64,000 nt of DNA, taken from the NCBI GenBank assembly GCA_963817915.1, contig CAWFQL010000011.1, positions 128,001-192,000 on the forward strand, written 5' to 3'. The position numbers and the translations under genes are program-made. The notes below the pieces were generated by a model, which was not told the DNA's origin, did no database searches, and saw nothing but the letters and a program-made list of their open reading frames with translations. The DNA is from an uncultured candidate division Zixibacteria bacterium (lineage in GTDB: Bacteria; Zixibacteria; MSB-5A5; UBA10806). This document shows positions 52,792 through 61,782 of this stretch, one piece after another (within the stretch, counting starts at the first letter, position 1; the number at the start of each line of letters is the position of its first letter).

Positions 52792-52931
52792 CTTATAGGT
52801 CTGCGGTTTCGCGAAGAAATCAAAATGAGACAGTCAGACAAAAGCTAATCCGGCACAGATTAAAGTTGAAATTGCAAAGTTCGATAAAACAAATGGAAAA
52901 CCAGGGAACTAGAAAACAGAGAGGTGAGAAA

Positions 52932-53357
52932 ATGTTAAGGAAATCAAACCGAAATGCAAAAGGTTTTACATTAATCGAATTGATGATTGTCGTAGTCATC
53001 ATCGGTATCCTGGCAGCATTGGCTATTCCGCGCTTTATGCGTTCAACTACTAAATCCAAGCAATCAGAAGCCAAGCAGCTTCTAAAGCAGATCTACACCA
53101 TGCAGCACGCATACAGACAGGAATTTGATTCCTATTGCTTGAACGGAACAGCCGCTTCCGCAGCCGCCCCGACAGCCTTCGCCAGATTAGGCGTTGATAT
53201 CGGTTCAACAGCTCGTTATTCCTACGCGATGGTTTCAGCGCTCAATACCTTTACTTGCACTGCAACATCGAATCTGGATGATGACGCTTCAGTCGATACC
53301 TGGACTATCGACGATACCGGCACGTTGACTTGCACTATCGACGATTCAGTACTATAG
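52932..53357 (+). CDS. pilA: Type IVa pilin, copy 1
   Basis: SD GAGGTG, KG|FTLIELMIVV class III signal. Confidence 0.92.
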   Translation: MLRKSNRNAKGFTLIELMIVVVIIGILAALAIPRFMRSTTKSKQSEAKQLLKQIYTMQHAYRQEFDSYCLNGTAASAAAPTAFARLGVDIGSTARYSYAMVSALNTFTCTATSNLDDDASVDTWTIDDTGTLTCTIDDSVL

Positions 53358-53371
53358 CGAATATTTCTTGG

Positions 53372-53400
53372 GGGGACGGTTCGCCGTCCCCTTAATTTTT
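53372..53400 (+). terminator. Stem-loop after pilin 1
   Basis: GGGGACGG-TTCG-CCGTCCCC followed by TTAATTTTT. Confidence 0.75.
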
Positions 53401-53447
53401 GCAACGGATGATGGAAGAGACCAAATAACCATTTTAAGGGAGGAAGT

Positions 53448-53864
53448 ATGAAGAGACAGAAAACAGCAGGTTTTACGTTAATCGAATTGATGATTGTCGT
53501 AGTCATCATCGGTATCTTAGCGGCATTAGCTATCCCACGTTTTATGCGTTCAACAACCAAGTCCAAGCAATCAGAAGCCAAGCAGCTTCTAAAGCAGATC
53601 TACACCATGCAGCACGCATACAGACAGGAATTTGATTCCTATTGCTTGAATGGAACAGCCGCTTCCGCCGCCGCCCCGACAGCCTTCGCCAGATTAGGCG
53701 TTGATATCGGTTCAACAGCTCGTTATTCCTACGCGATGGTTTCAGCGCTCAATACCTTTACTTGCACTGCAACATCGAACCTGGATGATGATGCTACAGT
53801 CGATACCTGGACTATCGACGATACCGGCACGTTGACTTGCACTATCGACGATTCAGTTCTATAG
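53448..53864 (+). CDS. pilA: Type IVa pilin, copy 2
   Basis: SD GGAGG, AG|FTLIEL; mature protein differs from copy 1 by one residue. Confidence 0.92.
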   Translation: MKRQKTAGFTLIELMIVVVIIGILAALAIPRFMRSTTKSKQSEAKQLLKQIYTMQHAYRQEFDSYCLNGTAASAAAPTAFARLGVDIGSTARYSYAMVSALNTFTCTATSNLDDDATVDTWTIDDTGTLTCTIDDSVL

Positions 53865-53872
53865 ATTCCTAT

Positions 53873-53909
53873 AATAAAGGGGACGGCAATACCGTCCCCT
53901 TTATTTCTT
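53873..53909 (+). terminator. Stem-loop after pilin 2
   Basis: AATAAAGGGGACGG-CAATA-CCGTCCCCTTTATT. Confidence 0.8.
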
Positions 53910-53954
53910 CTATGAATTCCGAATAAAGAGCTCATGAGAAAAGGATGGCAAAAT

Positions 53955-54380
53955 ATGAAAGCAAATAGATATCGATATACAAAGGGCTTCACACTGATCG
54001 AATTGATGATAGTCGTAGTCATCATAGGTATTCTTGCCGCTCTTGCCATTCCACGCTTCATGCGTTCCGCCACTAAATCCAAGCAGTCTGAAGCCAAAGA
54101 ACTCTTAAAGCAGATTTATACAATGCAACATGCCTATAGGCAGGAATTCGATTCGTATTGCCTCAATGGAGTTACAGCTTCAACAGCGGCGCCGTTAGCA
54201 ATGGCCCGCCTTGGAATTGAAATCGGACCGACTGCTCGTTATTCGTACGCCATGGTTTCCGCGGCAGGTACTTTCACCTGCACCGCCACAGCGGCGCTTG
54301 ATGACGACGCTACCAATGATGTCTGGACAATCGATGATACCGGATTATTGCTTTGTACCAGCGATGATTCCGCATTGTAA
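53955..54380 (+). CDS. Type IVa pilin, paralog 3
   Basis: KG|FTLIEL, full-length similarity to copies 1 and 2. Confidence 0.9.
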   Translation: MKANRYRYTKGFTLIELMIVVVIIGILAALAIPRFMRSATKSKQSEAKELLKQIYTMQHAYRQEFDSYCLNGVTASTAAPLAMARLGIEIGPTARYSYAMVSAAGTFTCTATAALDDDATNDVWTIDDTGLLLCTSDDSAL

Positions 54381-54447
54381 TTACCATCAGAGCTGACGTG
54401 TACTATTCGGGCGATTCAACAGGGTATTCTGCATCAAGGGAGTCTAA

Positions 54448-54873
54448 ATGAAAAGATCGCGCATGATTAACAAAAAAGGCTTCACATTAATCGAATTGAT
54501 GATAGTAGTAGTGATAATTGGAATTCTCGCGGCGCTGGCGGTTCCCAGATTCATGCAGGCGGCGGCAAAATCCAAGCAGTCCGAAGCCAAACAATTGCTA
54601 AAGCAAATTTATACCATGCAGCATGCCTATTTTGCCATGCATGAAAACTACTGCCTTAATGGTACGACTGCGTCATCGGCCATACCGCTTGCTTACGCCC
54701 AAATTCATGTTGAAGTGATGGTACCTGCAAGATACTCGTACCTGATGGTCGCCGCAGGCAATACTTTTAGCTGCACGGCAACCGCCAATATCGATAGCGA
54801 TGCTACTCTGGATACGTGGGTAATTGACCAGACCGGCACGCTACTCAATACAATTGACGATTCGGTATTGTAG
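54448..54873 (+). CDS. Type IVa pilin, paralog 4
   Basis: KG|FTLIEL, more diverged paralog. Confidence 0.9.
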   Translation: MKRSRMINKKGFTLIELMIVVVIIGILAALAVPRFMQAAAKSKQSEAKQLLKQIYTMQHAYFAMHENYCLNGTTASSAIPLAYAQIHVEVMVPARYSYLMVAAGNTFSCTATANIDSDATLDTWVIDQTGTLLNTIDDSVL

Positions 54874-54910
54874 TGTTTTCAATGATTCCCAAACTCGACT
54901 CCATTAGCAG

Positions 54911-54939
54911 TTTACAAGATATGACATTTAATATATAAT
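54911..54939 (+). promoter_or_regulatory. Sigma70 promoter, leaderless configuration
   Basis: TTTACA-N17-TATAAT-N6-ATG(54946). Confidence 0.7.
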
Positions 54940-54945
54940 CCGCTT

Positions 54946-55732
54946 ATGGTAGATTTATTTATTGCCGCCTTTGTCTTTTTATTTGGAATAGCCCTCGGCA
55001 GTTTTCTCAATGTTATTATCTACAGGCTTCCCGGAGGCGAATCTCTAGTACGCCCGCCTTCGCACTGCCCCAATTGCAATTCTGAAATCAGATACTACGA
55101 CAATATTCCCATTCTATCATATTTGAATCTTCGGCGGGAAATGCCGTAACTGCAATGAAAAGATCTCCTGCCGTTATCCTTTAGTCGAGTTGGTTACCGG
55201 ATTATTATTTGTACTGGCAATTTACGTCTTTGGACTTTCGCTGAAAGGATATGAAGCGGTATTTCTGTCATTCGTCTTTATGGCGGTATTTTTTATCGAT
55301 CTTGACCATCAGATAATACCCAATGAATTTACGATCCCGGGAGTTGTGATTGGGCTTATTTTAAGCTTTATACCCAATGGATTTATTGGCTGGCAGCACT
55401 CATTTATAGGGGCCTTAGTAGGCGCCGGGATATTTTGGTTGGTCGGATTTTTCGGAAAATTGATTTTTAAAAAAGAAGCGATGGGGCTGGGGGATGTCAA
55501 ATTCGCCGCCATGCTTGGCGCATTTTTCGGATGGCAGAAGCTGATTCTCATTTTGGTTGCGGCTTCCTTTCTCGGTTCAATAATTGGAATTATAATCCTA
55601 TATACCTCCTCGAAGAAAAAGGAAGCCAATTACGTGCCCTTTGGACCTTTTTTGGTTGTCGCGGCCATGATTGCCATGTATCTGGGCGACACCATCATAA
55701 ACGCGTATTTGAGCTATTTTCTTCATAGATAA
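54946..55732 (+). CDS. pilD: Prepilin peptidase; frameshift near 55126
   Basis: GSFLNV..RLP, SHCPNC, GKCRNC after one-base deletion, FFIDLD, MGLGDVK, PFGPF. Confidence 0.92.
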
Positions 55733-55774
55733 TTCTTTTATACAGCTACCCATATCTGCCGATAATTCGTAATA

Positions 55775-57583
55775 ATGAAGCGAAAATACGATTCCTATGA
55801 AATTGAAATAGTAATATCACTGAGCCTCCTGGTTGTCATTCTGATTTCCCTGAGTTTTCTTTCGGGATACGCCTTCGAAAATGCGCGACGCTGGCAGCTA
55901 ATTCAATTTGATGAAAATCTTAATCTCGCAGTTGAAAATGCCAAATTGGTCCTCGAAAATGATATCGATAATTGGCGTCATTCCGATATCGCCACACTCA
56001 AACGGCTACGAGATCTTTCCGCCCAAACTGGAATTGCCGACATTTCAGTCACGGATACTCTCGGCAATGTAATTTCCGCAATTTCGAGTCACCCGGAAAT
56101 CAAATCGAAAAATTCGTATTTCGAAGTTCGCCGACCTATTGTCAATCGAGACGGCAAAATAATGGCCTACGTGATATTTTCTTCGATCAATACGGCCGGA
56201 ATCAAATTTCAGCTTCTCTCTCGCTGGGATGCGGTCTTCAGGATCGCGGGCCTTCTTTCGGCGCTTGTGGTCGGCGCGTTCTTTTTGAAATCGATTCTTT
56301 CGCCATACAGAAGAATCAAGCGGGAGGCGATCGATTACAATCTCGATTGGGGCGATAATGAAAAAAATAAGGGTACTGATTATATCATCGCGACTTTTAA
56401 AAATATTGTCGCCGAACTCGAAGAGAAAAAAGGCCGTCTTGAACAAATGTATGCCACATCTGAAAAAAGAGCGGATTCCCTCGCCAGATATAATGAAGAT
56501 ATCCTGGGCTCCATCACATCGGGAGTCATGATTTGTGACTCAAGCGGCATAATCACCAGACTAAATAGATCGGCTCAGACAATACTGAAATATTTCGAGA
56601 AAGACTGTCTGGGCAGGCATTATCGAGATATTTTCGGCTTAGAACATAAATTAACCATGCTTTTCGACGACGCTCTGCAGCGAAAAGTCGTGCATTCCCG
56701 AATTGAATTCGAGATCAAGCGCCCTGATAATGACAAGCTCTGGATTGGCTGTTCATCGTCTATGATCAACGATGAAAAGGGGGATGGCATGGGGGCCGCC
56801 ATCTTAATGATCGATTTGACTGAAATTCGAAAATTGCAGGAAATTTCTTCATTCAATGAAAAGATGGCTTCTCTGGGACAAACTGCGGCCGGATTGGCTC
56901 ATGAAATCAGAAATTCATTTGCCACCATCGTAGGATTTGCGACTCTCCTCAAGAAGAGTATTGTCGATGATCCTCAAATCGCGAAGCATGTCGATTCTAT
57001 CCGAAATGAATCCATGGCTGCTGAATCATTGCTTTCGAGATTCCTTGATTTTGCCAAGCCTCTTGAGCCCAGAATCGAACGAATACATATCAAAAGCCTG
57101 ATTGATTCCGCGCTTCAATGTCTCCATCATCCGGGTCTTTCCAATATCAAAGTCACCCAAATTATATCGCATGATCTATCCGATTATATGGGTGATTCCG
57201 CGTTATTGCGTCAAGCCTTGATAAATCTTCTGCTAAATTCCTGCGATGCAATCAGCGGCAATGGCGAAATTCGGATTGAAGCATATGTTGCCGATAAAGC
57301 GCACGCAATAAATAAAACCGAATTGGTAATAGCCATCCTCGATAACGGGGCAGGTATTGATTCGAAAGTAATTGGCAAAATATTCGATCCCTTCTTTTCA
57401 GATAAAAAGAATGGTACAGGATTAGGACTGGCTCTGGTCAAAAAAATTGTGGTCTTGCATAACGGCCTTATTGAAGTTCATAGCAAAAAGGGAAGAGGGA
57501 CAAAATTCACCGTTAGGTTGCCTATAATTAGAGATATTGCGATTACCGACAAGAAGCAAATTATGTCATTTCGGGAGGCTTAG
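55775..57583 (+). CDS. Membrane PAS sensor histidine kinase (PilS-like, no adjacent regulator)
   Basis: 2 TM helices, PAS, AHEIRNS, NLLLNS, DNGAG, GTGLGL. Confidence 0.92.
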   Translation: MKRKYDSYEIEIVISLSLLVVILISLSFLSGYAFENARRWQLIQFDENLNLAVENAKLVLENDIDNWRHSDIATLKRLRDLSAQTGIADISVTDTLGNVISAISSHPEIKSKNSYFEVRRPIVNRDGKIMAYVIFSSINTAGIKFQLLSRWDAVFRIAGLLSALVVGAFFLKSILSPYRRIKREAIDYNLDWGDNEKNKGTDYIIATFKNIVAELEEKKGRLEQMYATSEKRADSLARYNEDILGSITSGVMICDSSGIITRLNRSAQTILKYFEKDCLGRHYRDIFGLEHKLTMLFDDALQRKVVHSRIEFEIKRPDNDKLWIGCSSSMINDEKGDGMGAAILMIDLTEIRKLQEISSFNEKMASLGQTAAGLAHEIRNSFATIVGFATLLKKSIVDDPQIAKHVDSIRNESMAAESLLSRFLDFAKPLEPRIERIHIKSLIDSALQCLHHPGLSNIKVTQIISHDLSDYMGDSALLRQALINLLLNSCDAISGNGEIRIEAYVADKAHAINKTELVIAILDNGAGIDSKVIGKIFDPFFSDKKNGTGLGLALVKKIVVLHNGLIEVHSKKGRGTKFTVRLPIIRDIAITDKKQIMSFREA

Positions 57584-57659
57584 ATCGAGCGGGATTCGAG
57601 TAGTTTTGGTATTATTAATTTGCCGGTATCATAGTATGATTCACCATGAAATTACGACA

Positions 57660-57686
57660 TAAAGGCTCAGGATAATAAGCCGATAG
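57660..57686 (+). promoter_or_regulatory. Sigma28 (FliA/SigD)-type promoter
   Basis: TAAA-N15-GCCGATAG. Confidence 0.65.
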
Positions 57687-57719
57687 TTAGTAATGAATGG
57701 GTAGCGAAAGGGGAATGCC

Positions 57720-59030
57720 ATGACTTTGAAAAATAAAATTCTTACGAAACTAAGTTCATTGGAAGTTGTTGCTTCGCCTGCTCCCGTTCTTGCGGAAATC
57801 CTTACATTATTAGATCAGGAATCCTCAAATGCCAAAAATCTTACAGAAATAATTTTAAAAGATCCTAACCTGACTGCGAGAATTCTTAAAGCCGCGAATT
57901 CATCTTTTTATGGTGTTCGTCAAAAAGTAAACACTATCAATCAGGCGGTTTTGGTCCTCGGGCTTGATGCGGTAAAATGCCTGGTACTTTCCATCTCTAT
58001 TTACAATCAGTTATCCACCAGAGGAAATGTTAACGAACACGAATTCTCGGGGCTCTGGAGGCATTTCCTGGAATCCGCGGCGGCCGCGAAGAATATTGCT
58101 ATAAATATAAAATACCCAAGTATCGAAGAAGCGTATATAGCCGGTTTGCTGCATGATTTTGGAAGACTCTTCCTCTTGCGATATTTTTCTCCGGAGGTAT
58201 TTCAGACCAATAGAATGGTTGCCGAGGGCGCCAGGCTGGTCGAGGCGGAAGAGAAGATTTTTGGATTGGATCATCAGGAAATAGGTCACTATATCGCTAC
58301 CAAGTGGAATCTTCCGGACAAGCTTGTTGCTGCTATAGGCGCGCATCATCCCAAGAATGAGCAGGAAGTATCTAATCTATCGCTTCTGACAAAAATCGCC
58401 GCCCTGGCCGAACACCTTTGTCCTAATAGCCAGGAATTACCGGAGACTCCGGAGGGAGTGAGCCATAAGGCGCTTATTCTGGATACCTGCTGTACCCAGA
58501 TGGGAATCGGCATGGATGTTATTCAGAAAATCTATGGAGTCCTGCCTCAAGAAGTATTGCATCACGCGGAAAGCATGGAAATCAATATCGGCGATGCCAT
58601 TGAATATTTGACTCGCACCAATATGGAGCTTTTCAATCTTTATGTCGAATTGGCCTCGACCTTCAAACAAAGGCAGGAATTGTCAAAAAGGATACTTGCC
58701 GATGAAAGAGTGGAAGGCACACTCGAATCGCTTCATATCGCTCTGGCAACATTGTCGCACTATATCAATAATTCCACTATGAGTATCAGCGGTCAATGCG
58801 AAGTGGTCAATTTGCTTCATACAAAGGGTGATAAGAACGGGGTATACGAGAGAATTCCCGGACTCACCGATTCCATACGAAAATCGATAAAGAAAATCTC
58901 GATCGTTTTACAGGAGCTTTCGAATATAACTACTCTTGAAAGAATAAACTATTTCAAGCATTCCAAGGCGATCGATATCGAAAAATCGCTCAAAGATCGT
59001 CTCGAAAGAGAATCCGCTCCAGTCGCATAG
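57720..59030 (+). CDS. HDOD domain protein with C-terminal HisKA-like helical domain
   Basis: DPNLTARILKAANS, LWRH, GLLHDFG, DHQEIG..W.LP; ATLSHYINN. Confidence 0.88.
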   Translation: MTLKNKILTKLSSLEVVASPAPVLAEILTLLDQESSNAKNLTEIILKDPNLTARILKAANSSFYGVRQKVNTINQAVLVLGLDAVKCLVLSISIYNQLSTRGNVNEHEFSGLWRHFLESAAAAKNIAINIKYPSIEEAYIAGLLHDFGRLFLLRYFSPEVFQTNRMVAEGARLVEAEEKIFGLDHQEIGHYIATKWNLPDKLVAAIGAHHPKNEQEVSNLSLLTKIAALAEHLCPNSQELPETPEGVSHKALILDTCCTQMGIGMDVIQKIYGVLPQEVLHHAESMEINIGDAIEYLTRTNMELFNLYVELASTFKQRQELSKRILADERVEGTLESLHIALATLSHYINNSTMSISGQCEVVNLLHTKGDKNGVYERIPGLTDSIRKSIKKISIVLQELSNITTLERINYFKHSKAIDIEKSLKDRLERESAPVA

Positions 59031-59636
59031 TTATTTTACAAATATTTTCCCAGGCACAAATTTTGGCTTCCATGAATGGACTCCATCCGGAGAACCAAAA
59101 TATAATTCCTTTTGAAGCGGATCCGCCGTCAATTGGAAATCGTAAACTCCGGTTTTCGCGTTCTGAGATATCGAAATAAATAATTTTAACATTTGCTCGG
59201 GCTTGCCGGATGTAAATATGGTTGGCTTTTCCTTGCCGCCCAGGCTGTGAATGCCATTTATGGAAATGAAGCCCGTATCGATTTTGGCATTGGTAAATTT
59301 CTCATCCCATTTGCTCATCGTTCCCATAAAATTCACCGAATCAATTTTAAAAGCCTTTGAATCATATTTTATGGGGATACAAAGAGTGCCGATCCCGTAC
59401 CATTGTTTTCCGTCCTGTTTGACAGTATCGTCAACCCAAAATCTAATCCCGAGTTCGACCTTTTGTCCTGCCGCAGTCAAAACTGAATCCATGATTATTT
59501 CATCAGGTTTGCCGGGATCTATTGCCACTGAGCTCTTCGGTGTTTCGCTGGCCTTTTTTGTATCCGCACCTGCCAAATTATAAAAAAATGCTCCCCAAAT
59601 AACTATAGCCGCGATATTAAGAATGTTTTTTCTCAT
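59031..59636 (-). CDS. Secreted cohesin-like beta-sandwich protein
   Basis: Signal peptide, AGQKVELGI...IPIKYD..FKIDSVNF...P.FVPGKI pattern. Confidence 0.55.
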   Translation of the reverse strand: MRKNILNIAAIVIWGAFFYNLAGADTKKASETPKSSVAIDPGKPDEIIMDSVLTAAGQKVELGIRFWVDDTVKQDGKQWYGIGTLCIPIKYDSKAFKIDSVNFMGTMSKWDEKFTNAKIDTGFISINGIHSLGGKEKPTIFTSGKPEQMLKLFISISQNAKTGVYDFQLTADPLQKELYFGSPDGVHSWKPKFVPGKIFVK

Positions 59637-59647
59637 TTGATTTTGCC

Positions 59648-60439
59648 CTACTGAATAATTGTTGCGCGTATTGGTATTGTTATTCTTGTATCCGGATTAT
59701 CTTTGGCCTCGATCGTGACTGATTTATGGAGGGTCGTGGTATCCGCTTGAGGAGCAAGATCCATTGTAAGAATCATCGACTTACCTGCCTTGATAATATC
59801 TCCAGCCAGAGTGGTTGACATCATGCTTTTGGCGGGCTCTTCGACTATTGCAACCATATGATCGAGGCTGTCACCGTTGATAAGATTTATCTTTATTTGC
59901 GATTTTTCCCCTATCTTGACTCCGCCGAAATCAGGCTCAAGCGGATCAATTTTGAAAACCTGCGTTGGATCGTTAATAACCGCTGTAAATGAGACTTTCA
60001 TGTATGGATTAATAGGATCATTGGATTCGATATAAATCCATTTCTCAACTCGGCCATTAAATTTTTGCGTATTGAATGTTGCCGCGACATAAGCTGTGCC
60101 GCCCGGCGGAACTTTATCATTTGAAACAGGCGCGATAGTGCAGCCGCAGGTAGGTTTGACCTTGGTGATTATCAAAGTATCCTGACCCTTATTTTCGACC
60201 CCGAAATTATGAAGTACAATGGCCCCTTTTGGTATCGAGCCAAAATTCCATGAGTCATTGTCAAACGCAATACGTGCTTTGCATGCCGGATCGATTTTTA
60301 TTGTCGGTTTGAAGCTGGGAGGGCTCTGCGGCTGATTTGGATCCTGTGTCGCAGTTTGGGCATTAAGATTCCCCTCAAAAATGAAGCATATAGCCATCAT
60401 AAAGATGCATGCCGTGACCAGTACATTTAATCTTTTCAT
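59648..60439 (-). CDS. DUF1573 domain secreted protein
   Basis: SD AAGGAG, signal peptide, WNFGSI, NKG..L.I..VKPTCGCT, SNDP. Confidence 0.85.
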   Translation of the reverse strand: MKRLNVLVTACIFMMAICFIFEGNLNAQTATQDPNQPQSPPSFKPTIKIDPACKARIAFDNDSWNFGSIPKGAIVLHNFGVENKGQDTLIITKVKPTCGCTIAPVSNDKVPPGGTAYVAATFNTQKFNGRVEKWIYIESNDPINPYMKVSFTAVINDPTQVFKIDPLEPDFGGVKIGEKSQIKINLINGDSLDHMVAIVEEPAKSMMSTTLAGDIIKAGKSMILTMDLAPQADTTTLHKSVTIEAKDNPDTRITIPIRATIIQ

Positions 60440-60488
60440 TTTGTAGGCGTCTCCTTCTTGTCCTATTTTTATTTTATTCAATTCTATT

Positions 60489-61481
60489 CTAATTAATGTA
60501 TCCCAACTGTTTCATCCAGTTATCGTTAAAAGCTTTAGACAAATACCGGTTACCCGAATCGGCTAAAATAACGACAGGGTATCTGAAATTAGAGCCCTCT
60601 CTTAGGAGCTTTCTCGCAGCTGAGACAACCGCCCCAGATGATCCCCCCGCAAGAAGTCCTTCTTCCCGGGCTATTTCGCGAGTTGTTAAAAAGGCTTCTT
60701 TGTCGCTGATCTGAATAAATCTATCGATAACTTTGAAATCCATTGCGCCAACAAGCTTGTCGGTACCTATGCCCTCGATCTCATAATGAGTCGCTTCTAT
60801 CACTTTGCCGGTCTCGAAATAATGGGTAAATATCGAACCTTCCGAATCGACCGCGATAATCTTAATCTGGGGATTTTTCTCTTTCAAGTAGCGACCAGCA
60901 CCTGATATAGTCCCGCCGGTGCCCGCGCCGGCAATTAAACAATCTATCTGACCGTCAGTTTGAAGCCACAACTCAGGGCCGGTAGTTTGATAATGGCAGT
61001 CGATATTGGCCGGGTTATTATATTGATCGAGATAAATTGAATTCGGGATTTGCGATGCCAACCGCTCGGCAGTCTTATAATTGCATTGAGGATCGTCCGG
61101 TTTCGCGGTATGCGGAGTCAAAACTAATTCCGCGCCAAAAAGCTTCATCATATCCTGCTTTTCGCGCGAATTTTTATCGCTCATTACTATAATGGCTTTA
61201 TATCCCTTAGCGGCGCATATCCATGCCACGGCAATACCGGTATTGCCCGATGTCACCTCAATGACTGTCCCGCCCGGTTTTAGACGGCCATCCTTTTCAG
61301 CCGATTCTATCAAAGAAATGGCCAGACGGTCCTTGAGCGAACCACTGGGATTGAACATTTCAGCCTTCGCGTTGATGACAGCCGATAATCCCCTCGACAT
61401 TTTGGCGAGCGGAATTAACGGTGTCTTACCAATCAAATTTAACGATGTATTTGCCATAAAAGGCGTCGTGCGAACCAGCAT
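60489..61481 (-). CDS. Cysteine synthase / cystathionine beta-synthase family PLP enzyme (start may be 61457)
   Basis: IGKTPL, NPSGSLKDR, TSGNTG, GAGTGGT, DSGNRYLS. Confidence 0.92.
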   Translation of the reverse strand: MLVRTTPFMANTSLNLIGKTPLIPLAKMSRGLSAVINAKAEMFNPSGSLKDRLAISLIESAEKDGRLKPGGTVIEVTSGNTGIAVAWICAAKGYKAIIVMSDKNSREKQDMMKLFGAELVLTPHTAKPDDPQCNYKTAERLASQIPNSIYLDQYNNPANIDCHYQTTGPELWLQTDGQIDCLIAGAGTGGTISGAGRYLKEKNPQIKIIAVDSEGSIFTHYFETGKVIEATHYEIEGIGTDKLVGAMDFKVIDRFIQISDKEAFLTTREIAREEGLLAGGSSGAVVSAARKLLREGSNFRYPVVILADSGNRYLSKAFNDNWMKQLGYIN

Positions 61482-61782
61482 TTACAGTTATACCCCTCTT
61501 CCGACCAAAAGATTCAATTTTTGAGGCGGATTCTATACATTAATTACCTTTTGTCCACCCTTGTTAATAGGAATAATATATTTTATCGCATTTGTCAAAA
61601 ATATTCTAATTTGAGCAAATTGAAGCGCCATTGGGGGTAGAACGATAAAAAGGTAATTTCTTTCGTTGCTGGACTCCCTTGATTAGCCAGATGGCAGGGA
61701 TTCGGCGGGGAATCCAAAAACCTGTTGTATTTGTCTTTGAATTTATTGTATATCTCTTTCAGGACAAAAAATTTGGAGGATA

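Noticed and set aside
52788..52931. N-terminal extension of pilin 1 in the ORF track
   Set aside because: The TTG lies in the sigma54 -12 box; the SD-supported ATG is at 52932
52932..53864. Geobacter-type short conductive e-pilin
   Set aside because: The mature pilins are about 130 aa with a globular domain; N-terminal similarity is generic to type IVa pilins
52932..54873. CRISPR-like or DGR template/variable repeats
   Set aside because: The repeats are whole pilin genes, the differences are mostly synonymous, and there is no reverse transcriptase or cas gene in the window
1880..55135. Programmed ribosomal frameshifting or pseudogenes at the split ORFs
   Set aside because: No shared slippery motif, uniform +1 polarity and otherwise intact genes; sequencing error is more parsimonious
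61620..61720. Purine, ZTP or PRPP riboswitch upstream of purD
   Set aside because: Some stems are possible but I recognise no conserved aptamer motif; an Rfam search would settle it
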